Assembly: GCF_030296755.1 (NCBI RefSeq)
Contig: NZ_AP027741.1
Span: 1,829,475 to 1,861,474, forward strand
DNA length: 32,000 bases
Reading direction: 5' to 3'
Source: Methylophaga marina
GTDB lineage: Bacteria > Pseudomonadota > Gammaproteobacteria > Nitrosococcales > Methylophagaceae
Part shown: piece by piece, positions 16,811 to 25,915 of the stretch
Numbering within the stretch: the stretch's first letter is position 1
Layout: every line of letters begins with the position of its first letter
The notes under the pieces: model-generated
The model's database searches: none
What the model was told of the DNA's origin: nothing
Seen by the model: only the letters and a program-made list of their open reading frames with translations
Position numbers and translations under genes: made by a program

Positions 16811-17082
16811 TCTGTTTCACCTTCTAATTGTTAACAGATTACTTTAAGTCTCTCTCGTAACCGGATATGTCTCGGTTGTTAGCTATTTTGCATATAAAAA
16901 AATCTAATGCAACACTTTTACAACAATTTTTTTAATTTTGACGAGAAAATCACATTTCTGTGTTTTTTTTACCACAATGCTTTCGTTCTCTGCTATGCCA
17001 AATAGCGGAATAATGCGTGATAGGTGTTGCTGTGGGGATAAGAATTTATTGTGGAAATTATGCAACAAAAGTGACAGGCAAT

Positions 17083-17119
17083 AAAAAACCCAGTTTCTTT
17101 TCAGAAGTCTGGGTTTTTT
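17083..17119 (-). terminator. Symmetric (bidirectional) terminator hairpin downstream of tRNA-Phe
   Basis: AAAAAACCCAG...CTGGGTTTTTT. The stem is flanked by A6 and T6, so it reads as hairpin plus U-tract on either strand. It ends 8 nt from the tRNA 3' end. Confidence 0.7.
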
Positions 17120-17127
17120 ATAATCCG

Positions 17128-17203
17128 TGGTGGCTCGACCTGGAATCGAACCAGGGACACAGGGATTTTCAATCCCTTGCTCTACCAACTGAGCTATCGA
17201 GCC
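17128..17203 (-). tRNA. tRNA-Phe (anticodon GAA), CCA encoded
   Basis: The reverse complement folds as GGCTCGA-TA-GCTC-AGTTGGTA-GAGC-A-AGGGA-TTGAAAA-TCCCT-GTGTC-CCTGG-TTCGATT-CCAGG-TCGAGCC-A-CCA. It closely resembles E. coli tRNA-Phe. Confidence 0.95.
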
Positions 17204-17342
17204 GATAAGGGTGCGTATTAAACCTTCTGACAGGTGTGATGTCAAGGGGAAATCATCATTAATTCTATTCCATACTTGTCCGCTTCAGTGGGGCATGCTC
17301 TAATGACCAGCTATTTTTATTGATTATTCAATGGATAACTGA

Positions 17343-18425
17343 ATGTCGGCATCAAATAAGAAGTGGTTATGGGCATTGATCATTCTAGCTGCTCTCGCGG
17401 TTATTTTCGTCGGGTCGTTTTGGGATAAATCGTGGAACGAGCGACTCGAAGAATTGGTTTCCAGTCATCAGCAGTTTGAGGATGATGATGACAATGAAGA
17501 GGAAGTGAATACTAACCAGCCGCTCATCGTCACACTAGCGGATGAAACGATTCCCTACGCGGGCATTGACACGCTCACACTCCAAAAAACGCTGTTGTTT
17601 CCTGAGTTTAAGGCTTATGCAGAAGTCGTGGATATACGCGAACTGATTCAATGGCGTGCGCGATTAAATCAGCTAAGATCGGCCGTCACGGTTGCAAGCG
17701 TGACTGAAAATGCAGACCGACTGGAGTGGGAAAGACTGAAGAAGCTGGCAAAGGGAACCGGCAGTGTGGCCAGTAAGAATGTAATCTATGCGGAAACCAG
17801 CTGGCGTGAAGCCAAGGCAAACCTTAACTCTGCGGCATTTCAGCTTGAAGACGCAAAAACAGAGTTGATTCAAAGCTGGGGTGAATCCATTGCAAACTGG
17901 GTTATGGATAAATCTTCGAAAGAGCTGGAAAGATTAATTAATCGTCATGACACATTATTAATGGTGACACTTCCTATCGAGTCATCGTTGCCAGCAGATG
18001 TGAATGTGATTCGAGTCTCTCGTGCGGGGGGCCGCGCTTCTGCAAGAAAAGCTTATTTCGTTTCCCCAGCCTATGTCAGTGCAAAACAAATTCAGGGTGA
18101 AACGTATTATTTCCGAATTGCGACCGGCAAGCTTCGTTTAGGTATGCGTTTGGATGCCTGGATTCCAGAAAATAGTGATCCTGATTCAGGCTTTCATATT
18201 CCAGACGAGGCTATTGTCTGGTATTCGGGACAGCCTTGGGCTTACATCCAATTGAATGAAGCAAGCTACAAACGTATACCTTTAAGTGAGGGCAAGTTGG
18301 TCGCTGGCGGTATATTTACACAAAGCGAATTTGAGGAAGGTAATGAGGTCGTGATTTCAGGGGCTCAAATGTTGTTATCAGAAGAGTTCCGCTGGCAGAT
18401 TCATGATGAGGACGATGATGATTAA
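17343..18425 (+). CDS. Efflux RND periplasmic adaptor (membrane-fusion protein)-like, divergent, with acidic termini
   Basis: Has an N-terminal TM anchor (WLWALIILAALAVIFVG), a predicted coiled-coil middle, and MFP-like beta-barrel/C-terminal segments (GMRLDAWIP, IPDEAIVWYSGQPWAYIQ, VVISGAQMLLSEE). It lies directly upstream of the RND pump. Asp/Glu tracts are present (DDDDNEEE near the N-terminus, HDEDDDD at the C-terminus). Confidence 0.55.
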   Translation: MSASNKKWLWALIILAALAVIFVGSFWDKSWNERLEELVSSHQQFEDDDDNEEEVNTNQPLIVTLADETIPYAGIDTLTLQKTLLFPEFKAYAEVVDIRELIQWRARLNQLRSAVTVASVTENADRLEWERLKKLAKGTGSVASKNVIYAETSWREAKANLNSAAFQLEDAKTELIQSWGESIANWVMDKSSKELERLINRHDTLLMVTLPIESSLPADVNVIRVSRAGGRASARKAYFVSPAYVSAKQIQGETYYFRIATGKLRLGMRLDAWIPENSDPDSGFHIPDEAIVWYSGQPWAYIQLNEASYKRIPLSEGKLVAGGIFTQSEFEEGNEVVISGAQMLLSEEFRWQIHDEDDDD

Positions 18426-18466
18426 ATGCCACTTCTGTTTTAGTCAGCTGATTAAGGTGAGTCTGC

Positions 18467-21400
18467 ATGCTATCTAAAGTCGTTGCTTTTTCGGTACGCT
18501 TTCGTGGCGTGGTGGTCGCTCTGGCTTCGATGTTACTTATTTATGGTGTCTATAAGTTATCTAACTCCAGCTTAGATATTTTTCCAGAGTTCGCCCCTAA
18601 ACAGGTCATCATTCAAACAGAAGCCCAAGGCCTAACGGCTGAGCAAGTAGAAGTCTTGGTGACGCAGCCTTTAGAAAACGCGCTGGGTGGTCTAGTGGGG
18701 ATGAAATCAATCCGTTCTCAGTCTATACCCAGTCTTTCGGTGTTGACGCTAACCTTTTACGACAATACGGATATTTATCTGGACAGGCAGTTAGTATCTG
18801 AGCGCTTATTGGGGTTAAAAGAAGTCTTACCGGCTGGCGTGGGCGCTCCATTGATGGTGCCATTAGAATCCTCATCCGGCACGATTATGACCATAGGACT
18901 GACGTCTGATTCGCAAGACTTGATGACATTGCGCTCGCTTGTAGACTGGACATTGGCTCCCAGGTTGCTGAGCGTCGATGGTGTTGCAGATATTAATGTG
19001 TTTGGCGGTCATGAGCGTCAATTACAAATTCAGATAAAACCAGACAAATTAGCGAAATATGGTATTTCGATCGATGAAGTGACGACAGTCGCGCAGCAAG
19101 CTACCGGCATTATGGGCACCGGTTTTGTTGAAAACCAGAATCAACGGATGACCATTCAAGTCAGCGGACAACCGCTCAATGCCACACAGCTAGCCAAAGT
19201 TGTTGTTCGAAAAGAAGGCAATACTGTTCTGCGACTGGGTGATATTGCGTCTGTAAAAGAAGCACCTGCACCAACGATTGGTGGTGCAGCTATTGGTGGT
19301 AAACCTGCCGTTGTGTTGATGGTAATTGGTCAATACAAAGCGAATACACTGGCAGTAACCGAAGGCATTGAGGCTGCTTTAGATGAGTTCAAAGATGGTT
19401 TCGGTGCTGAAGGCATTACCTTGCATGATGATTTATTCCGACCTGCAAACTATATCCAGACATCACTCGTCAATATCCAAGAACATTTGATGGTCGGTGG
19501 TGGACTGGTCATGCTGGTGCTGATTTTATTTTTATTTAATATCCGTACCGCTGTGATCTCCATGACAGCTATCCCTCTCTCTTTGTTTGCAGCCATGATC
19601 GTCTTGCTGGAATTTGGCATCAATATAAACATTATGGTCCTGGGTGGTCTGGCCATCGCACTCGGGGAAGTGGTCGATGATGCCATCATTGATACCGAAA
19701 ATATTTTTCGTCGATTAAGGCAAAATGCCCTGCTAGCAGCACCTAAGCCCACCATGGAAGTGGTGTATGAAGCGTCAATGGAAGTAAGAAGTTCAGTGGT
19801 TTATGCCAGCTTTATTGTGATGCTGGTCTTTGTGCCATTATTGACATTAAGTGGGGTTGCCGGTCGTATGTTTGAGCCATTGGGTGAAGCTTATATTCTG
19901 GCCATTTTTGCCTCACTAGCCGTGGCATTGACGGTCACGCCAGCGCTTTGTCATATCTTGCTGACCCGAGCAGGAGATGTCAGTCATGACGAGCCACCCC
20001 TGATTCGAATGATTAAACCTATTTATGGTCGTGTGCTATCTGCGATAAGCCACTTTCCAAGACTAACCTTGCTTGGTGTACTGGGTTTCTGCGTAGCGGG
20101 CTTGTCGATATTACCGTTCTTAGGAGGCAGCTTTTTACCGGAACTTCGTGAAGGTCATTACATTATTCATACCGCGAGCGTACCGGGTACATCTATAGAA
20201 GAGTCGTTGCGAATAGGTGGTCGTATAGAGCAGCGGGTGGCAGAAATACCCGGTGTACGTTCAACCTCACAATGGGCGGGTAGAGCAGAACGTGGTGCTG
20301 ATACGTTTGGCACACACTATAGTGAATATGAAGTGGATCTTGAGCCGATGGATGGGCCCTCTCAGCAGCGGGTACTGGATGAAATTCGTGAAATATTAGA
20401 AGCCTTTCCCGGCGTGAACTCGGAAGTGAATACGTTTTTAACAGAACGTATTGATGAAACTATTTCCGGTTATACCTCACCTATTGTCGTCAATATCTAT
20501 GGCAAGAACCTGGATGCGTTGGACAAGACTGCACAAGAAGTGGCAGAAGTTATGAGGGATATTGATGGCGCCGCTGATGTTCAGCTTCGAGCCCCTCCCG
20601 GCGAACCACAGCTTGAAGTGCGGCTGGATTTAGACAAGCTGGCTTATTGGGGCTTGCGTCCTGCAGAAGTGATGCAGGCAGTGAGAACGGGGTTTGATGG
20701 GGCTGTTGTAGGCCAAGTCTATGAAGGCAATCAGGTGTTTGATGTGGTGGTTGTGTTACCTGAAGAACTGCGTAAACAACCTCAGCAGTTAAGAGCCTTA
20801 CCCATACAGACGCCAGAAGGTGTGATGTTACGCTTACAGGACATTGCGGTGATTCAGCAGGTCTCGGGACGCCATATGATTCAGCATCGTGGGTCACAGC
20901 GTTTGCAAACGGTCACGGCTAATGTCACTGACCGTGATCTGAGTTCTTTTTTGCTGAGCTGAAACAACGTGTACATGATGAAGTCGCTTTCACCGCAGAT
21001 ATCTATCCTGAGTTTACTGGTGCGGCAGTGGCACAAGCGCAGTCTCGTGAGGATTTGATTGTGCATTCCACCTTGGCAGGCTTAGCTGTTTTGTTATTGC
21101 TTTACGTGGCCTTACAAAGCTTTCGCAATATGATATTGGTATTGATTAATTTACCGTTTTCTCTAGTCGGCGGTGTGCTGGCCGTGGTTTTAACCAACGG
21201 CGTGTTGTCGATTGGTTCATTAGTCGGTTTCGTGACGCTATTTGGTATCACATTGCGTAATGCCATTATGCTGGTGTCACATTACCAATACATGGTGACA
21301 GAAGAGGGCGCGGCCTGGAATCTGGATACTGCCATCCGAGGGGCACAAGAACGCTTACCATCAATACTCATTACGGCTTTGGTCACAGCGCTCGCCATGT

Positions 21401-21567
21401 TACCCATAGCGATAAACTCGGATAGCCCTGGCCGTGAGATTATGGGGCCGATGGCCAGTATTATTATCGGTGGTTTGATTTCTTCCACGGTGTTAAATCT
21501 ATTGGTGTTGCCAAGTGTCATGCTTCGCTACGGACGATTCAAAACCATTAGAGAAGCGCAGCTCTGA
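18467..21567 (+). pseudogene. CzcA/CusA-family RND efflux permease, frame broken by a 1-nt deletion in a T6 run (20947-20952)
   Basis: ORFs 18467..20962 and 21028..21567 are the N- and C-terminal parts of one 12-TM RND pump of about 1033 aa (LGEVVDDAIIDTENIF in TM4, C-terminal GFVTLFGITLRNAIMLVSHY). Reading the run as T7 gives ...DRDLSSFFAELKQRVHDEVAFTADIYPEFTGAAVAQAQSREDLIVHS.... Confidence 0.85.
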
Positions 21568-21574
21568 GCACCGA

Positions 21575-21649
21575 TTAATCAAATGGAATTAAAAAGGCGA
21601 TACCAATAATCAGTAACACCACGACAAAAAAGGCAATTTCTATAATCAT
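21575..21649 (-). CDS. Candidate 24-aa hydrophobic micropeptide (MIIEIAFFVVVLLIIGIAFLIPFD)
   Basis: Its ATG shares one nt with the TGA of the upstream 366-aa gene (TGATG). It codes for a single predicted TM helix. It fills an intergenic gap that otherwise has no terminator. It is below the ORF-track size cut-off, and there is no SD sequence. Confidence 0.25.
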   Translation of the reverse strand: MIIEIAFFVVVLLIIGIAFLIPFD

Positions 21650-22749
21650 CAGTGAATAGCAAAGGTTTGTGCTTGCTCATTGCGTTGATCGGCAAAGAAC
21701 TGATAAATGTCTTTTAGCTCCTTGGTGGAGAAATGAATCAATATCAGTTGCTGTCCTGGGTAGATTAAATCTGGATTATGTCCCATCGTACTGGTGGTGT
21801 AGTTATAGATATAGCTAGACTCCACTTTATTGTTTAACACCTTGCCAAGAAATGAGCTCAATCCGGTAGGTAGCGGTTCATCGGCATCAGCAGGAATGGT
21901 AACTCTGACTAAATCTTTATTGATACCTTCAAGTGCCAGACCCTGACGAAAACGTTGAATCAAGCCAGACTGAATAATTCCCCATAAACCTTGACGATCG
22001 GCCTCAGTCACACGATGCAGATAGAATAGAGCACTGTCCTCTAAACCACCCGATTTGACGATGTCGTTCACTGACAATTCGATAGAGCCTTTATCTATTT
22101 CCGCCTCAAGCAGGCGATCTTCAGGTAAATCTGATTGTGATAATTGGCCAATGGTCGTTTTCTTCTGTACATCTTGCTCAGTAATCACCGTAATAGGTGC
22201 ACTTTTGTCGACATTATCAGCGTTGAGCAAATCAATAAGCGGCCGCTGTTGTCGACTGCCATCGGCTTGTTCAATGGTGACAAAGGTATTTTTATCTTCG
22301 GTACTGTCATCAAGCGCTTGTAATGTCGTTTGTTGTTTTTCAGTTTCTGTGTATTTTATGGTGACTGGGGTGTCTGCGCTCAGATTTTTATCAGCAAGTA
22401 ACTGACCGATGGTCGTCTCGCGTTTTTCTATTTTGGGGATCACAATAGTGCCATCTTTCCGCACGAACTCACCTTGTTTGTCATTTAACGTCACGGCTTT
22501 ACTACCCAGATGATCCACAAATTGTTCTGCTTCTTTTTCTATGATGGCTTGCTGATCTTCGGTAGGTGCGACAGGTTCAATGGTGACTTCTTCTATTTCT
22601 GGATCTTCGATTTCTATCGGTGGCGAAACCGTGTGTTCCGTGCGAGAGGGTTGTAAGTCTGCAAAGAGTAAATAGGCCAGACCCAGCAGTACCATTAAGG
22701 CCAGAATAGCAGGGACAAGGGATGGAACTGATCGTGCAGACTTAGCCAT
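21649..22749 (-). CDS. Membrane-anchored acidic protein with a LysM-like C-terminal region
   Basis: Has an N-terminal TM (VPAILALMVLLGLAYLLF) and a Glu/Asp/Thr/Gln-rich middle with repeated TTIGQL and (P/F)(V/I)T(I/V)..(T/Q)E modules. The C-terminus (HRVTEADRQGLWGII ... NPDLIYPGQQLILI) resembles a LysM domain carrying an insertion. Confidence 0.6.
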   Translation of the reverse strand: MAKSARSVPSLVPAILALMVLLGLAYLLFADLQPSRTEHTVSPPIEIEDPEIEEVTIEPVAPTEDQQAIIEKEAEQFVDHLGSKAVTLNDKQGEFVRKDGTIVIPKIEKRETTIGQLLADKNLSADTPVTIKYTETEKQQTTLQALDDSTEDKNTFVTIEQADGSRQQRPLIDLLNADNVDKSAPITVITEQDVQKKTTIGQLSQSDLPEDRLLEAEIDKGSIELSVNDIVKSGGLEDSALFYLHRVTEADRQGLWGIIQSGLIQRFRQGLALEGINKDLVRVTIPADADEPLPTGLSSFLGKVLNNKVESSYIYNYTTSTMGHNPDLIYPGQQLILIHFSTKELKDIYQFFADQRNEQAQTFAIH

Positions 22750-22781
22750 AAAATTTCTCTCTGGATTAGTGTCATTATTAT

Positions 22782-24437
22782 TTAAGACGAGAATAAGCCA
22801 GTCAGTAAGGCGGGATCAAGTTTCTGATAGCAGCCTGTTTTATCGATTTTATTATTTAACACGCATTCGATAATAGATTTCGCCTGTTCAGGACTATGAA
22901 CCGGGTTATCTGGTAATAACTGCATTAATGCATCTGTTATTAATGAGGCATGATCACTGTTTTTAGTTTCAAGTACAGTGGCTAAACGATGAACCAACTC
23001 TGGAAGGCCAACTTGTGATAACAGAAAGGGGATACGTTTAATGGTCAGAGTCTCATTGTCCGTTTCAAACTCAATACCGAACGCAGATAAATCTGTTTTA
23101 TAGCGTTGAAATTGGCCGATTTGAGCAGTAGAAAGAGGCAAGCGTACAGGCACTAAAATCGGCCTGGAGGTCAGGTTATTCTGATCAATCGCTTGTTTAA
23201 ATTGTTGCTGGCGAATCTTTTTGTCTGCTCGTTGAAGATCAATCAATGCTGGCTCTGGCGTATTCAGAACCATAAACCGGCCATGTAATATCGAGGCTGA
23301 TGACCAGTTAACGGTCTCAGATAATGACTTAACAGCTTTAGCCTCGTCTATAGGTGTGCTTTCTGCCTGATAAGTTGACGCCTGCTCATTCACCTGTTCG
23401 GAGTCTGGCAAGCTTAACTCTGTCTGGAGCTGATCTGGTGCCGGTGTTTCTGCTATAGCCTCCTGAATGGCTTTGTTTATCAGGCCGTGGATCAAACGTG
23501 CATCTCTAAAACGGACTTCATGTTTAGTCGGGTGTACATTGACATCCACTCGGTCCAGAGGCATGTTCAAATAAAGCACGTATGCCGCCTGACGTCCGGG
23601 TGGAAGCCAATCTCCATAGGCCTGGCGTATGGCATGATTAATCACCCGATCTTTGATGACACGACCATTAATAAAAAAGTATTGCACATCGGTTTGAGCG
23701 CGATGGGCGGAGGCTTTGCTCACCCAGCCTGATAAATGAATATCTTCAAAGGATTGTTCTAGATAGTTGGCCTGACGAACAAAAGCCTGACCACAGATTT
23801 TTGCCAGTCGTTGAGGATATAAATCGGCTGATTTGAGTGCGGGTAGTTTGATGTAACTTTGCTCATCAAAGCGTGCACTGAACCCAATATCAAATCGACT
23901 CAAAGCGAGTCGATAGAAAGTTGTCATTAGATGATGAAGCTCTGTTTTATCACTTCGCAGAAAGCGGCGACGCGCGGGTAAATTAAAAAAGAGCTCTGCT
24001 ACGCTCACGGTTGTCCCATCAGGATGAGCAGCAGGTTCCGGCTCTAGCTTATCGGATCGCACTTGCCAGGCACATGGCTGTTCTGCTTGTTTTGAGGTGA
24101 GACTCAAGCGTGTGACAGAGGCAATACTGGGCAAGGCCTCACCGCGAAACCCCAAGCTGCCAATCACACTGAGTTGTTCGCTACTATGTAATTTACTGGT
24201 GGCATGCCGGCTTAAGGCAAGTGCTAAATCATCAGGATGAATGCCAGCGCCGTTATCAGTGACTTTTATAAGCTGACTGCCCGCACCCTCGATCACGATA
24301 TCTACTTGAGTTGCACCTGCATCAATACTGTTTTCAACGAGCTCCTTAAGTACTGAAGCTGGACGCTCAACTACTTCGCCAGCAGCAATTTGGTTGGCTA
24401 GGTGAAGGGGTAGGGCGTGAATTCTGGTCGCGTTCAT
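22782..24437 (-). CDS. mutL: DNA mismatch repair protein MutL
   Basis: The N-terminus LPLHLANQIAAGEVVERPASVLKELVENSIDAGA is the GHKL ATPase signature of MutL. The gene sits in conserved synteny after amiB. Confidence 0.92.
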   Translation of the reverse strand: MNATRIHALPLHLANQIAAGEVVERPASVLKELVENSIDAGATQVDIVIEGAGSQLIKVTDNGAGIHPDDLALALSRHATSKLHSSEQLSVIGSLGFRGEALPSIASVTRLSLTSKQAEQPCAWQVRSDKLEPEPAAHPDGTTVSVAELFFNLPARRRFLRSDKTELHHLMTTFYRLALSRFDIGFSARFDEQSYIKLPALKSADLYPQRLAKICGQAFVRQANYLEQSFEDIHLSGWVSKASAHRAQTDVQYFFINGRVIKDRVINHAIRQAYGDWLPPGRQAAYVLYLNMPLDRVDVNVHPTKHEVRFRDARLIHGLINKAIQEAIAETPAPDQLQTELSLPDSEQVNEQASTYQAESTPIDEAKAVKSLSETVNWSSASILHGRFMVLNTPEPALIDLQRADKKIRQQQFKQAIDQNNLTSRPILVPVRLPLSTAQIGQFQRYKTDLSAFGIEFETDNETLTIKRIPFLLSQVGLPELVHRLATVLETKNSDHASLITDALMQLLPDNPVHSPEQAKSIIECVLNNKIDKTGCYQKLDPALLTGLFSS

Positions 24438-24460
24438 ACGTTAAAGTTTAACGTATGAAC
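24432..24460. repeat. Perfect 29-bp palindrome (14-bp arms, 1-nt centre) spanning the mutL start codon
   Basis: GTTCATACGTTAAA-g-TTTAACGTATGAAC. The mutL ATG (24437-24435, minus strand) lies inside one arm. The element fills most of the 33-nt amiB-mutL gap. Confidence 0.9.
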
Positions 24461-24470
24461 GGCAAGAGGT

Positions 24471-25817
24471 TTAGGGGATTTTTAAGACATCGCCAACGTG
24501 AATTTCGGAAGAGGCCAGATTATTCACCGATTTGATATCGGCCATCTTCACGCGATAACGCTGAGCAATCATACTCAGAGTATCACCGCGACTGACAATA
24601 TGTTGTTGTGGCAGGCTTGTGCCGGGAATCGGGTTTTGTTGGAAATAATTACGAATGCCGACCATCATGGCGTGAGCCAATTTATTCTGATGGCTAGCAT
24701 TTTTGAGTTTCCTTTCCTCTTCTGGATTAGAAATAAAGGCTGTTTCGACTAGAATAGAGGGGATATCAGGCGATTTGAGCACCACAAAAGCAGCGGATTC
24801 GACGTGTTTTTTGTGAACATGACCAACACGTTTAAGACCTGACAAGACAGTCTGACCGACTTCCAAACTGCCTTCCAAGCTGGCTGTTTGAGACAGATCA
24901 AGTAAGACCGACGCCAATAAATCATCCTTATCTTCCAGGCTGATGCCTCCGGCTAAATCAGCCGCATTTTCTCTGTCTGCAAGAATCTGCGCTGCTTCAC
25001 TACTCGCACCTCGACTGGATAAAACATAGACAGACGATCCTCGGGCTTTGCGATTGGTAAAGGCGTCAGCATGGATGGAAATGAACATGTCAGCACCGTT
25101 TTCCCGAGCACGACGGATACGCTGTCGCAAACTGATAAATACATCACTGTCTCGGGTTAAATACGAACGCATTCCTGGCTCTTGATCCACCAGTTTGGCC
25201 AGACGTTTACCGATAGCGAGCACCACGTCTTTCTCTTTAGTGCCGTGAGCACCTACTGCGCCAGAATCCTGACCACCATGTCCAGGATCAATGGCTACAA
25301 CAATATCTCTACGCGGTAGAATTTTATTGGTTTTGATGACTTTTTGTTCTTGTACAACCTTATTCTGAGCAGCCTCCGAAGGCGTGTTCAAGGCTTCTTC
25401 TTTGACTTCAGCAATAGATTGTTTGAGTTGTTGCTGTGTGTACAGAAGATCAACCACTAAGCGGTTAGGGTAGTTTTTCTGCGGTGGTAGCGTTTGGGTT
25501 TGGTATTTCACTTCATGAGCTAAATCCAATACCACTCGTAACGTATTTTGATCATAGGCGGCATAGCGCACAGCTTTTATTGGGGTATTTATCAACGATG
25601 GAATCGTCAACTTATCACGTTGTTGAAAGCCTTTTAAGTCAATGACCAGACGATCGGGGTTGGCTAAAGTAAATGCGTTGTAACTGACTTTGTTATCAAG
25701 ATCAAATACTAAGCGTGCACTCTGATTATCTGAAGACACGCGCAGACCTTGAATGGCATCAGCCCATGTTGGCGCTGTAAAAAATAGCAGAAAAAAACTT
25801 AGTAGGAGACGGACCAT
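24471..25817 (-). CDS. amiB: N-acetylmuramoyl-L-alanine amidase (AMIN domain + Amidase_3 + C-terminal LysM)
   Basis: Has a signal sequence, an AMIN-like N-terminal domain, catalytic IDPGHGG...SIHADA...E motifs, and a C-terminal LysM (HIVSRGDTLSMIAQRY...VGDVLKIP). It sits in tsaE-amiB-mutL synteny. Confidence 0.88.
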   Translation of the reverse strand: MVRLLLSFFLLFFTAPTWADAIQGLRVSSDNQSARLVFDLDNKVSYNAFTLANPDRLVIDLKGFQQRDKLTIPSLINTPIKAVRYAAYDQNTLRVVLDLAHEVKYQTQTLPPQKNYPNRLVVDLLYTQQQLKQSIAEVKEEALNTPSEAAQNKVVQEQKVIKTNKILPRRDIVVAIDPGHGGQDSGAVGAHGTKEKDVVLAIGKRLAKLVDQEPGMRSYLTRDSDVFISLRQRIRRARENGADMFISIHADAFTNRKARGSSVYVLSSRGASSEAAQILADRENAADLAGGISLEDKDDLLASVLLDLSQTASLEGSLEVGQTVLSGLKRVGHVHKKHVESAAFVVLKSPDIPSILVETAFISNPEEERKLKNASHQNKLAHAMMVGIRNYFQQNPIPGTSLPQQHIVSRGDTLSMIAQRYRVKMADIKSVNNLASSEIHVGDVLKIP

Positions 25818-25915
25818 CTCAACACCCTTATGATCACTTGGCCGTTATTTTCTCTTTGCTTAAAATTAAAATCAAGTTTTCTTTCTAAATAAATGAGATA
25901 CAAGGGAAAGTTGAA

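Noticed and set aside
16904-17245. ORFs 16904..17245 (-) and 17017..17208 (+) from the six-frame track
   Set aside because: Both run straight through tRNA-Phe (17128-17203) and its terminator. The peptides (e.g. ...AQLVEQGIENPCVPGSIPG...) are simply translated tRNA sequence, so they are not genes.
15611-21567. Genomic island integrated at tRNA-Phe
   Set aside because: tRNA-Phe is a classic integration hotspot. However, I saw no integrase, no transposase, and no direct repeat of the tRNA 3' half flanking either side. The neighbouring genes (porin, RND pump) are ordinary chromosomal cargo. This cannot be excluded without a composition scan and comparative genomics.
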